DNA of 64,000 bases from Vitrella brassicaformis CCMP3155 (Eukaryota; Protista; Chromerida), in contig CDMY01000344.1 in the NCBI GenBank assembly GCA_001179505.1, forward strand, positions 47,655 to 111,654, read 5' to 3'. Position numbers and translations under genes: made by a program. A model generated the notes under the pieces. The model made no database searches, was not told where the DNA came from, and saw only the letters and a program-made list of their open reading frames with translations. Below are positions 24,304 through 36,123 of this stretch, piece by piece. Every line of letters starts with the position of its first letter. Position 1 is the first letter of the stretch.

Positions 24304-26019
24304 TCAGTCGATGCCCAGCGCCACGAACAGCCGTGTGGTCTCGTCGATGTAACCCAGCTGCCGCCATTCGAACACGCAGTCGTCATCGCCGACGTGAGCG
24401 TTGAAGCCCTTGACCACACCCGTCACACCATGGCTGGCCGCCTCGTCCAGCCGGGCTTTGTGGACGACCTCACGCACACCCAGCAGCCGATGCTGCCCAC
24501 CCTGCTGACCCCGAACGGCGAAGCACTGCAGCGGCACTCGCACCATGACGCCGCCCACATTGGCCATGTCGCCGATGACCTCCCTGTTGCTGGATGTCCG
24601 TGTGGCGGCCGACTTGACGAAGTGCGCCACGGCCGCCTTGACGCGGCGCCTCAGCGTCGAGTCGCTGATGAGGTACTCGTCGATGGCCGCTGCTGCAGCG
24701 GGCGGCTCGTACAGGAAGGCGCCGATCTTCCAGCCGATGGCCTCTGCCTCGTGTGGTCCGAATGAGAGGGGGGAGGGGGCGGGGTCTCTGCCGTCGTGGT
24801 GGGGGGCGAGGGGCAGCAGACGGGCGAGCAGCATCGAGTGGTCGCGCTGGGGGGCGAGGGCGGTGTTGATGGCCGACATGGTCACATCAGACAGACCATT
24901 CAGCACCGTGGCATACTCGGCCAGCACCAGCTGGCGCTCACGTCGCTGCACGTGGCTGGCTGCTCGCATGCGCATTATGGACGGGCCGGCGCCGACTCTC
25001 AGGATGGTGCGGATGATGGTCTGAAGATTGGGAATGTCCCGTGTGCGGATGTCCTCCTTGATGTCTTCTGCCGTGCCGTCGTCATCCACGCGCCGATTGT
25101 AATGATCGAGCCGACCGGCAGCGATGGCGAGAGGGGTGCTGGTGGGGACACTGGTCGTCCCCCTGTTGATGTCGTCAGCTGGCAGATGGCCACATAGCCA
25201 CTCAGTGACGCGAAGAGATTCGTGAATCACAGCTTCGTGCAACGGCGTGTCGCCAAAACCGCTTGTTGAATTGATTGTGGCGTTGTTTTCCAGCAGTAGG
25301 TCCATGTACTGGTAGATAAAGCACTGAGAGAAGCGACCTCTGTCTCTGGTGGCTGCCCAGTGCGCCAAGCCGAAGCCGCCAGGACCTCGTTCAGTCGCCA
25401 GTGTGCTGTCGAGCTGGATGAGCCGGCGGTAGATGGCCATCAGCAATCTCTCACACTCGGGGGTAGGCCGACACATACTGTGGTCCTCCGGCAGCCGCAT
25501 CACCAGGAATCCGCGAAGCTGGACGCCCCGTTGCAACAGAAGCCTCACTGCCGGCCTGTTGGCCGCCGCAACCGCGACACGGATGGGTCTTGACTCCCTG
25601 TTGGCGAATCGGGCATTGACGTCGGCCCCGCCGTCGATCAGTGCGGTCATGACGGCATCTTGGAGCTGAGGAGATGGCCAGCGGGGCAGCCTGACGGGAA
25701 GCCGCCCATTGTCTTGTTCCTCTGCCCAGATGGACGGGATGGTGGACTCGGTCATGTCGTCAATGACAAGAGATAGCAGCGGATAAACCCCAGCCATTGC
25801 CTCTTTGTCTTCACCATCACCGCCGTCCTCCATGTCGTCCGCCCGGTGCCGCAGTGAGGGCTCGACACTCGGGTTCGCCCCCTGCTGGATGAGCTGCGTC
25901 ACTTGGTCTGCATCGGTGAGTGTGCGGCGGATCACACCGGTAGCAAGCTCCCGAGTGGAATCGCTGGTGCCCTCATCGAACTGGGTGTCGACGCCATCTA
26001 GTTGCAGCCACGCTGACAT
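24304..26019 (-). CDS. Single-coding-exon ankyrin-repeat protein (copy 2, inverted paralog of 7198-8865)
   Basis: Uninterrupted ORF with the same acceptor/ATG context. GDTPLHEAV and TSTPLAIAA ANK motifs. The C-terminal ~200 aa are nearly identical to copy 1. A possible upstream exon lies at ~26100-26260. Confidence 0.85.
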   Translation of the reverse strand: MSAWLQLDGVDTQFDEGTSDSTRELATGVIRRTLTDADQVTQLIQQGANPSVEPSLRHRADDMEDGGDGEDKEAMAGVYPLLSLVIDDMTESTIPSIWAEEQDNGRLPVRLPRWPSPQLQDAVMTALIDGGADVNARFANRESRPIRVAVAAANRPAVRLLLQRGVQLRGFLVMRLPEDHSMCRPTPECERLLMAIYRRLIQLDSTLATERGPGGFGLAHWAATRDRGRFSQCFIYQYMDLLLENNATINSTSGFGDTPLHEAVIHESLRVTEWLCGHLPADDINRGTTSVPTSTPLAIAAGRLDHYNRRVDDDGTAEDIKEDIRTRDIPNLQTIIRTILRVGAGPSIMRMRAASHVQRRERQLVLAEYATVLNGLSDVTMSAINTALAPQRDHSMLLARLLPLAPHHDGRDPAPSPLSFGPHEAEAIGWKIGAFLYEPPAAAAAIDEYLISDSTLRRRVKAAVAHFVKSAATRTSSNREVIGDMANVGGVMVRVPLQCFAVRGQQGGQHRLLGVREVVHKARLDEAASHGVTGVVKGFNAHVGDDDCVFEWRQLGYIDETTRLFVALGID

Positions 26020-26646
26020 ACCTGCGACACACACAAGCAGGCACACAGGCACGGATGAGCCCTCAGCACTGAGTCAGCAGCCACATGGGAATGATCTTGC
26101 TTTGATGTTGGCCGTACCTGCGTCGGCAAATGTGCTCTTTGACGATGAGGTGGCCTCAGAGACCACGGCGTCGTCGCACACACCGTCGTCGCACACACCT
26201 GCAGAAGACACAGCACGATGAACTGTTGACTCGTTTTGCCGCCGCCTGAAGGACATGATTGTCCGCTTGCCTCCCAATTTCTTGCTTCTCACTTCACTTC
26301 CAGGCACAATTCTCCGATGTGTCAGGAGATGTGTCAGGGGGTAGGCACACTTCTTCGGTTCTGCTCTCCCGCAACGGCAGCAGTTTCATGGAGCACCCTA
26401 GGCGGCCGGAAAACCTGCGAGCTGGTGCCTCGGAAGAGGTTCACCAGTGTGTACCCTTGTCTAGAGCATTCGGTTGATTGACAAGAGGGAGGGAGATGCT
26501 CGTTGTTTGGTCCTCGTCCTTCGTTTCATTTACAATTTGCCGCGATTTGGCCAGGATCATCTTCGCGTTCATCCTCGCGGCGGCGTCATCATTTGTCGCC
26601 CATCACACCACCACCCACATCATCTTCGCATTTGTCGTCATCATCG

Positions 26647-29365
26647 ATGGATTCAGGGGAGGTTGAGCATCGCATGACGGCCCGTCAGGCCGCCCTCGCA
26701 GCTGCAGGTGCGGGTGAGAAGCGCAAGCCAGCGATGGATGTGGACGTGAGCAGTGACGGTGAGGACCTCCTGGAGAGGGGCCGCCGCAAAGCCAAAGCCG
26801 ACAGAAAGAGCCAGCAGGTGGACAAGAAAGGCAAGGCGGCTGCCGGCAAGGCCAAACCCAAGAAGGAGGGCGGCAGATCTAAGGCTCAAGCGACAGAGGA
26901 GGACCGTCAGATGGAGGTACGCTCAGATCATGCGATGGGAAGGGGTGATGTGATGTGACTGATTGAATGTCAGGTCAAGTCTCCTCTGGAGGAGTTGCCT
27001 GAGGCCCTGTGGATGGGCGAGGGTTTGGGCGCCTTGGTCGGTTTCGTGTCGTGCATGGAGTCGCTGTCGAGCGTCAACAGCTACTTCCGCTCCCTCACCC
27101 AGCAGGCCATCATGCACCCCATACTCGACCTCGACGCATCGCCCACCATGAACATCGCTAAGAAGTGGACAGGTCAGCAAGGAAGGAGGGAGAGGAGGGA
27201 ATGGCTGGATGGATACCTTTGTCATGTTCATGTGTGTGTGGTGTCCTGATGCAGGTCGTCGTTTGTCTGAGTGTGTGAGCATCGTCATCAACCACCGGCC
27301 CACCCCTTCGTTGGTGTATCTGCTGGAGAGCCTCTCGGCCAAGGTTGAGAGTGTGGATCTGCAGTGCCCCTAGGAGCCACCCACCGACAAAAAGGGCAAC
27401 GACCTTCCCGACTACCGCGCACTGGCGGCCTTCGAGCGCGACAATCGCAAGAGGAAGGGCAACTTCAGCCGCATCAGGCTGCCACACAAGAAGGTGACGA
27501 GGGAAGGGGAGAGGTGGACAAAGCACGGACAAAGACGTCCCCCACACACGCTGTATATTCCATCTATTGATCAATCAGGGGCCGATCGTGTTTGAGCATT
27601 TGGAGTCGGCGAGCATTCGCAGTGTGTGGGTCAAGATCGCAGAGGACCGTGAGTACCAGCTGCCGGCCCTCAAGAACCTCGGTTTGGTCAACCTCGACAC
27701 GCGTGCGCCCCGCCAGTGGATCCGAGAAGGAGGCATCAAGTCGCTGCATCTCATATCTGACGAGGTGGGCGACTGAGGGAGGGAGGGAGGGAGGGAGGGA
27801 GGGAGAAAGGGAGGGAGGGGGGACCCATTCATGTGGTCGCAGATCCATGTCCTGTGTGTATTGCAGGACGATCCCAGCTGCTCCCTTGAGGTGCGGCTCG
27901 ACCAAGTGGCGGATTTCCTCAAGGACACACCCTCAGGTATATAAGCAAGCAGAGGACCGATGCTGATGGCCCACCCCATCCATCTCTCTGTGTTTGTATG
28001 TGTGTGATGGATGTAGCCAAGAGCCTGACGTCGTTGACCGGTCGCGTGTCGTTCCACAAGCAGAGCCAGTCCGAGTTGGTGGCCGAACTGCACGGACTGT
28101 TCGTGTACACCGACGAGGACAGCAAGGTGCCCGATGACGCGTTCATGGACCACATCGCGACGATGATGGGACCGCTGGATGAGATCGAGATGGGACTCGC
28201 CGAAGTGCAGACATCGCAATACATCCAGGTGGGTGGCTGCTGACAAGCTTGGTGGGTGGGTGGGTGCGTGCGTGGCTGTTGGACCCGCTGATGGAGGAAC
28301 TTACCCACCACTGACTCACTCGTGTCTCCATGCATCTTCCGTTCAATCAGAAGCTGCATCGTTTCCGCTCCTAGCTCCTGAGTGCTGACGCGGTCGAGAC
28401 GTACTATCACAACCTGCCCCCAACACCCCGAAGCCCCGCTTGGCGGCACAACCGACGCCGCGAGGCCAACAAGACCTCCACGGACCTCCACCTCCACATG
28501 CCCTTCACCGGCAATGGGGAGGTCCTGGCCGACTGCCTCGACACGGTGCAAGTGTGCTGTCGACAGGCCAACCAGGTCACCCTCGACGCACGCAGCGGCC
28601 CAGGCCACGTCGACCCCATCCCCGGCCTCGACTCACTCCTCAGGTGCGAGTCGGCAACCGAGCTCACCATCACGGCGGGCGGCGTTGGCGAGCAGCTCCC
28701 CTCCTACGTGCTCGACGAGCCCTCGTCGGTCTTCCCGATCGTCTCGTCTGTGGTCGTGTCGCAGCAGGGGCGGGGCGAGGACTTCTATGAGTGTGGGGCG
28801 GGGGAATGTGCTGCGTGCTCTCTCTCCCTCTTTGCATGAGGTGCGCTTCGAGCTGACCGCCCGTCATGAGCCTGCGGCCACGTGCACCCTGGTGCCTGAT
28901 GGCCTGGGCTTCATGTCGAGCGAAGGCAAGGAGCTGGCCGTGCAGCTGAGGTGGGAGTTTTGCCCGAACTCGCCAGGTCATTCCTTCGAGTGGGATTTGT
29001 GTGGGGACAGCGAGGCAGGCAAGGCTCTGATGGAGAGCGGGCGTGTGTCGTGTCTTGATGTGCACATCGCTGGCGGGCTCATTGCATCCGACGCCCGACG
29101 AATGTACACGTCGTTTGCTGAGTGTGTGGTGGAGGCCTTTTCCAGCTTCCCTGTCATCAAGTGTGTGGTGCTGTCTGCTGAGAGAAAGCCCCTCTACGCG
29201 CGCACCTTTGCCCTGGTGGATGTGCTGAGGAAGGCAGGCAAGAAGAGGGTGCGGGTGACAGAGAGGACAGATGGCACTGTGGTGCTGCGGCCAAGCCAGG
29301 CGAGGAGGAAGGCCAAGAGAGAGGAGGGCAATATTGTCGTCAAGAAAGAGGAAAAGGAGGGGTAA
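26647..29365 (+). pseudogene. F-box-like lineage-specific gene with in-frame TAG codons (pseudogene, or gene with atypical splicing)
   Basis: Lys-rich N-terminus, then SPLEELPEALW...ESLSSVNSYFRSL (F-box-like). Well-formed exons, but in-frame TAGs at 27371-27373 and 28372-28374. No phase-compatible GT-AG join was found near 28790-28840. Confidence 0.5.
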
Positions 29366-29689
29366 AGACATAGACAAACACAAAGACGACTGCATGTTAA
29401 CACGTTCATGAGCCGCAGACGTATGGGTGCTTTTGCTCGTTGTCTGTCCACGCGAGATGTATGCCACCGCATGTTGTGTGCAAGTATGCATGCCTCGAGC
29501 CTTCCACTGAAAGGAACATTCATTCTAGCTACGCAGCGAACAGTCAAACAAAGTGTCATGCGTGCATGCAGCCGTTTAACAGACGCACGACTAGTATCTT
29601 TGACCAGGAGGAGAGTCACTTGCCAACACATGTGCAGCACACACATTGTCTGTCGAGGCCATCATACACGAAGCGTAAATCATGTCTCT

Positions 29690-32600
29690 GTCGAATATAA
29701 AATGTAGGCAACGATTTCAATGTGTCTCGCCATTCGCTTGAAGTAGGCCAGCTCAGAGTCATCCTGTCGCACAGAGGCAAGACACCGAGAGAAGAGAAGA
29801 GAAGAATGAATGCCGTCATGGATGGATGGACGGGTGTGTGTGTGTCGGTGCTCGTCGCGTCACCTGGTCAGTATCGGTACGTTTGTGGTGGTCTTGGCTC
29901 GAGTCGGAGAAGGGGATGCGCACCTGAGGCCCATCGAGGGTTGTCGGCTAGCCTTCGATGGGCGACACACGCTCCTGCTGCAAACACACAGATAAGACAA
30001 GAAGGAATGGATGGATGTGGAGTGGCTGGGCTTCTCGTGGGTAGGGGCAGCAGCGTAGGTGGTGAAGGTTCCGCAAATATAAATTGTAGGCAGCAATGTC
30101 CTGAGGCAGCAGACAGGCACACAGCCACTTTGTCTCGCCTGTGCAGGGCCTACTTTCGCTCTGCTCACCGCATTCTCCTCTTGCACAAATGAAAACCGTA
30201 GACCACATCGGCGAAGCCACAGCCACACGACTTCTTCGATGCTGCACATCACATCACATCACATTGCACCATCTACGTATGTACCACCTATCTCTCCGCG
30301 TCTGTATATGTGTGGTTGTGTGGGCGCCCAGCGTACCGGGCTGTTCGGTGGACGGTGCTGGTGCTGCTCTTGCGAACACAACAGGGCGTGGTATGGCTGA
30401 AAGAAATTGTGCAAGACAGACACGGGGAGAGACGTACCCTCACAAAGCAAGACGCAGCACATGTTTTGTCGAACGCACCGGTATTTGTGTGGATAAGGTT
30501 GGGCGGCAACGGTGTTCTGACCGCCCACACAGGCCGTGTAGCTGCACAGTCGAACAAAGAGGCAGGCAATCGGTGAGCGCGTTGTCCATCCATCCGTGTG
30601 TTTGTTCTACCAATACTGGCGAGGTATGTCGGATATGTGAACGTCGGCTTGGTCGGATACATGGTCGCCCCCATACCGAATGCTGACACCACACACACAC
30701 ACACACACTCACATAGCTCACTCATGCCACTGCCTGTCTGTATCGCCCACGCACCTATCGTAGGGTTGTGGTGCATATGCAGTGATGTGTTGTGTGATCT
30801 CGTACTCATAGTGCGCCGCTTGGCGGGCGGTAGTTGTGGTGTGGTAGTTGTGGTGGCGGGTGGTAGTTGTGGGCAGGAGGGCGTGGCACGGCTCCACGCA
30901 CTGAGAGAGAGACAACCAGTAAGTGCGTTGTCTGTCCAGCCGTATGTTTGTCCTACCTACCGCTACTCGGCATGATGGGTGAGGCGCTGCAACATACGCT
31001 GACGCGACACACACATGCAGCTCATCCCATCAATACCTTCCTGTCTTTGCTGTCCACTGCCTGTTTGTATCACTCACCCACCCACCCACCAATCCTGGAG
31101 TAAATCGCCGGCGTGCAGTGCACCGTCCTGCAAGGCCACACACACATACCCAAATACAGGGAAATGGCCTGCACATGTGTTCCAGGCTCACTGACATGCG
31201 ATGGGAATCCTGCTGCTGGTACATGTACTGACCAACCACTGCACACACGCAGTAACAGCACGAGATGGATGGAAAGAGAGGACACAGCTCATCTACCTGG
31301 TGCCGAGCTTCCAACGGCACCTCGCTTGATGACAGGCTGAGCGGCAGGCTGCTGCGAGAGCCCGCCACTCGTCGGGGGTGAACGAAGACTGACAGAAGGT
31401 AGAATGCTCAGTCACCAGACAAGTAGCCGTAGCCTCTCACCCTTCAGCTCTTGCTCTAGCGCTACAATGCGACTGTCGCGGTCTTGCAGAAGCGCCTCCT
31501 TGTCTCGCAGTTCCGCATCACGTTCCTGAAGGCACATGCAGGCAAGCACACAGACCGACAGACATCTAGGAAAGGCACACAGGTACGCAGGCCGATCGAT
31601 ATCCACACCAACAATCATGGCCTCATGTGGGCCGTGTCTTCTCTCTTCCCTCTTCCCTTTTCCCCCTCCCCCCATCCATGCATCCATCCCTCCTCCCCCC
31701 CCACTTGTGTGTCCAGCCCCCCCTTCTCATGTCTTGCCGAAGATAAAGCTCGAGATGGCCTCGACGCACCCGCAGCCGCACGACTTGTTGGTGGCTGCGC
31801 ATCGTGCGACACCACACCACATAGCACACGTGCCGTCGCTTTGTGTGTGTGTGTGGTTGTGTGATAGCATACGTGTGCGTGGCTTGGCCAGGGATGGTTG
31901 TTGTGGCGGGGTCCTGTGGGCGGGCCGTGGCATGGCTGCGTGGAGGGCTGTAGAGTACAGAGAGAGAGACGAGCAATCAGGAAGTGCGTCCACGTGTATG
32001 TCGAACGCACCGCTACTGGCGACGAGCGTGGGAGTGTGTGTCTTGGTCGGCCACACAGCGGGTGCAGCTGTACAGCCCAACACAACACAGGTGCATCCCA
32101 GTGGTGCCTTCCTACACCCACTTACCACAATATCGATAGACCGTCGGCTGCCGATAGCCATAGACGGGCGCGTGGATCATGAAGTGGGGGTAGGCCTGCG
32201 TGTGGTTCTTGTTGACGAGACGACGGATGGCGGGCTCCCACCTCGCTGCCTGGCCCGCTGCTGCTGGCTGTGTATTCGCTGGCAGCGGGTGCTCGGGCAT
32301 GAACGCACACGATCTGCATCCATTCGCATACGCAAACACACACACACACACAGAGAGATAGGGAAATGTGTGTGTGTGTTTTCTGCAGTGTAGCGGCGTA
32401 CGTTTGGGTCTGGTTGCGGGCTTCTGATACACATGAGAGAAAGAAGAAAGAAGAATGCACACACACATACACTCATGGCACTCATACTGAGTCACCAAAC
32501 AAGTAGTGTGTGTGTGTGGCCGTGGCCCCTCACCCTTGAGCTCTGCCTCGAGTGCTGCGATACGGTTGTCCCGCTCCTGCAGCAGCGCCTCCTTGTCACG

Positions 32601-33170
32601 AAGCTTGGCATCGCGGTCCTGAAGCCACAAGCGACAAGCACGCAGACCTCTTTTTGTCTGATTAAAGTGTCCTGCATCCATCCCACTCTTGCTCTGCTCA
32701 CGTCGATCGTCTTCTGCAGGGCCTCAACGGTGCGCTCTAGGTCCTCCTTCTGCCGTCTCAGGGCTCGATAGTCCTATACAGCAAGAAGCACCTTGTAATT
32801 CTCCTCCATTTCCAGGTAGGCCTCCTGCATGGCATCTCACCTCTTTTTGCTTTAGGAGTGTCTCGACGCTCCTATACAGATAAACACACATACACACAAA
32901 GGCGCCGCATCCAGGGTGATCGGCCACTCCTTGTCAGGCGTCAACTCACGACGGTCGTCCTGTTGCACACACACACAGAGAAGAGAAGAGGCGAAGGAAT
33001 GAATCAATGAATGTGTGTCGGTGCCCCTCGCTCACCTGATCGGTCCGCTCATGGTGCACCTCACGGTGGGCTCGGCTCGGCTCAGCAATTCAGTAGCCGG
33101 GGGGACCCCTCTCAGCAATTCAGTACGTCCACGTGAGTGTTGGGTCGTTCACCTGGTCAGTGTGGTAAGG
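29690..33170 (-). pseudogene. Degenerate paralog(s) of the coiled-coil exon-cassette family, internally duplicated
   Basis: Minus-strand exons DYRALRRQKEDLERTVEALQKTID and QDRDAKLRDKEALLQERDNRIAALEAELKG (~32530-32780), with a second copy QERDAELRDKEALLQDRDSRIVALEQELKG (~31440-31530). 30200-30760 is the reverse complement of ~36960-37510. The donor caggtgagcgaggggcaccgacacacat and acceptor gtgcaacag|gacgaccgt match 36051-36133. Confidence 0.6.
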
Positions 33171-33558
33171 ACCCCTCATTGCTGCCGCTCCAGCTGTCCT
33201 CCCCAGAACAACAGCAGCAGCAGCAGCAGTAACAGCAACAACCAACAATAACAGTGACAACAAAAAAGACGGATAGCCAAATAGAGCTGCAGAAATCGCT
33301 CAAATGGTCCCGTCTCTCCTTTCTCGACGGTCGAGGCGCCGTGTAACTGACCCCTGCCCTACCACAGGAGTGTTGAGGTTTGCGTTTCCATAGAATTGCA
33401 TCGCATTCCGTCCTATTGGGAGCTCTAGATACCCATAGTCATGGATAGGGAGCACGAGCGGGGGAGGAGAGGGGTAAGGCATGAGAAGCCAGAGGGCGCG
33501 CGGGGTGGGCAGGCTTCGCCTGAGGTGAGGAAAGGGGCAAGGCACGTGGGGTGGGCAT

Positions 33559-33969
33559 TTCTCTCTTCATCTCTCCTTTCTGTCTTGCCTGTGTTCAATA
33601 GGCTGAGGGAGGGTGGCCATCCTCGCTCGATGGGCCGCCAGTTTATGTTCGCGGGCAGGAGCCGACTCGAGACCAGCACCAAGGGCAGACAGACCAGGTG
33701 AGCGAGGGGCACCAACACCCATCCATCTATCCATGCATTCCTCTCTTCATCTCTCCTTTCTGTCTTGCCTGTGTTCAATAGGCTGAGGGAGGGTGGCCAT
33801 CCTCGCTCGATGGGCCGCCAGTTTATGTTCGCGGGCAGGAGCCGACTCGAGACCAGCACCAAGGGCAGACAGACCAGGTGAGCGAGGGGCACCAACACCC
33901 ATCCATCCATCCATCTATCCATGCATTTCTCTCTTCATCTCTCCTTTCTGTCTTGCCTGTGTTCAATAG
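33559..33969 (+). repeat. Tandem exon-intron repeat, left array (2 units, ~180-bp period)
   Basis: Polypyrimidine acceptor ...gtgttcaatag, 96-nt exon (33602-33697; 33782-33877), donor cag|gtgagc, (CATC)n intron. Confidence 0.9.
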
Positions 33970-35150
33970 GCTGCTGTCAAGAAGCGTCGTGAGGAGCGTG
34001 ATAAGGAGGAGGCCAGGGAGAAGGAGCAGGAGAACTACGCCGAGTGGGCCAAGAAGGAGGAGCAGTTCCACCTCGAGCAGGATGCGGTCAGACATCCGCA
34101 TACACCAGGGGAGGGAGAAACCCATCGACATGATCGCAAAGGCACTCAGAATCATGGAAGGTAGGTACATGACACACCCCCACAATCGCAAAACAGACCC
34201 TCCTCTCTCTCTCCCCATCACACATCATTGCTTTCGCTCTCTTGCCCCTGGTCGATGTGTGTGTGTGTGTGCAGGTCAGATGTTTGACGACATGTCGTTG
34301 CTGGAGCTGACGCCGCCCCAGATGTTCGAGGGCATGTCCGTTGACGAGCTCGACGAGATGCTCGACGACATCCACACACACGTCCTCAGCGACACACAGC
34401 ACAGGTCCTTCTGGAAGAACCTGCTCATCGTCGCCAAGGACGCACTCGACCAGGCCAGGCGCAAGAGCAACGAAGGCATGGGTGTGGGTGTGGTGAGGCG
34501 GGACGCCACGTCGGGCATTCCCCAGAGCGTCAAGGCCGAGATCGACGCCTTTCTGGCGGGCCAGTCGGCTGAACAAGTCGACGAAATGGAGAAAGAGGTG
34601 AATCTGATGACCCCTCACCCATCCACGGCCAACACACACATGGGTGTGTGTGTGTGGCCACTTATGCATGTCAGGTGAATCGCAAGTTGGATCACGGCGG
34701 CGAGGCGGTGGACTCTGCCTACTGGGAGGCCATCCAGACGCAGCTGCCCCTCTTCAGGGCCAAGGCGGACGTCCTCCGCCAGTACTCAAAGGCAATCGCA
34801 CGGGCCAGGGAGGTCAAGGACCAGCAGCTCGACCAGCACCACAGAGACACCGCACTCAAAATGGACCTCGCTGGTACAAACACACACCACAACCAGTGAG
34901 TGACATCTGTCGATCTGCTGGGATCCGTCTCTGTGTGTGTCAGGTTTGTTGAACATCCCCGATTCTAAGGCCGGCTCAGGAGGAGCGTCAGGTGACGACA
35001 AGACGCCACAGCAGAAGGACACCCGCCGGCCTGAGGACTTCATCGGCACGGGCGTCAACCCCAACTACGACGGGCGACACTCGCCTGAGCTCGAGCCATA
35101 CGACAAGGACGACGCACCCCCACCCCTCCCCGCACCAGCCCCGGATGCCG
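33970..35150 (+). pseudogene. Captured, frameshifted internal fragment of Cactin (Cactin_mid region), introns retained
   Basis: VKKRREER...EWAKKEEQFHLEQ / RMRSDIRIHQGREKPIDMIAK, LDDIHTH...SFWKNL, SGIPQSVKAEIDAFL, VDSAYWE..LFRAKA and GRHSPEL match the Cactin middle domain. There is a frameshift at 34080/34081. The Cactin N- and C-terminal domains are absent. Confidence 0.8.
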
Positions 35151-35179
35151 CCCCTGCTGCTGCTGCTGCTGCATCTGCC

Positions 35180-36052
35180 ACTGTTGAGGGAGGGTGGTCA
35201 ACGTCCCTGGATGCCCCTCCAGTCCGTGTCCATTTCACGCATGACCAAGTCCGTGACGTGCACCACCAAGGGCAGACAGTCCAGGTGAGCGAGGGGCACC
35301 AACACCCATCCATCCATCCATCCATCTATCCATGCATTTCTCTCTTCATCTCTCCTTTCTGTCTTGCCTGTGTTCAATAGGCTGAGGGAGGGTGGCCATC
35401 CTCGCTCGATGGGCCGCCAGTTTATGTTCGCGGGCAGGAGCCGACTCGAGACCAGCACCAAGGGCAGACAGACCAGGTGAGCAAGGGGCACCAACACCCA
35501 TCCATCCATCCATCCGTCCATCTATCCATGCATTTCTCTCTTCATCTCTCCTTTCTGTCTTGCCTGTGTTCAATAGGCTGAGGGAGGGTGGCCATCCTCG
35601 CTCGATGGGCCGCCAGTTTATGTTCGCGGGCAGGAGCCGACTCGAGACCAGCACCAAGGGCAGACAGACCAGGTGAGCGAGGGGCACCAACACCCATCCA
35701 TCCATCCATCTATCCATGCATTTCTCTCTTCATCTCTCCTTTCTGTCTTGCCTGTGTTCAATAGGCTGAGGGAGGGTGGCCATCCTCGCTCGATGGGCCG
35801 CCAGTTTATGTTCGCGGGCGGGCAGGAGCCGACTCGAGACCAGCACCAAGGGCAGACAGACCAGGTGAGCGAGGGGCACCAACACCCATCCATCCATCCA
35901 TCCATCTATCCATGCATTTCTCTCTTCATCTCTCCTTTCTGTCTTGCCTGTGTTCAATAAGCTGAGGGAGGGTGGCCATCCTCGCTCGATGGGCCGCCAG
36001 TTTATGTTCGCGGGCAGGAGCCGACTACCAGCACCAAGGGCAGACAGACCAG
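35180..36052 (+). repeat. Tandem exon-intron repeat, right array (1 diverged + 4 recent units)
   Basis: A diverged unit (EGGWSTSLDAPPVRV...HQGQTVQ) ends at ~35285. Exons 35381-35476 and 35577-35672 are 96 nt. 35765-35864 is 100 nt (+4 frameshift). ~35961-36052 has its acceptor mutated to caataa and an internal deletion. Confidence 0.9.
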
Positions 36053-36123
36053 GTGAGCGAGGGGCACCGACACACATCCATCCATGCATTCCTTCTTGTC
36101 TTCTCTCTATGTGTGTGCAACAG

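Noticed and set aside
27371-28374. UAG reassignment or pyrrolysine as the explanation for the in-frame TAGs
   Set aside because: TAG terminates the EamA, Reeler and BET1 genes in this window, and no recoding machinery is visible.
33559-36052. Regular direct repeats as a CRISPR array
   Set aside because: Units are ~180 bp and repeat in full with no unique spacers. They carry splice sites, the DNA is eukaryotic, and no cas genes are present.
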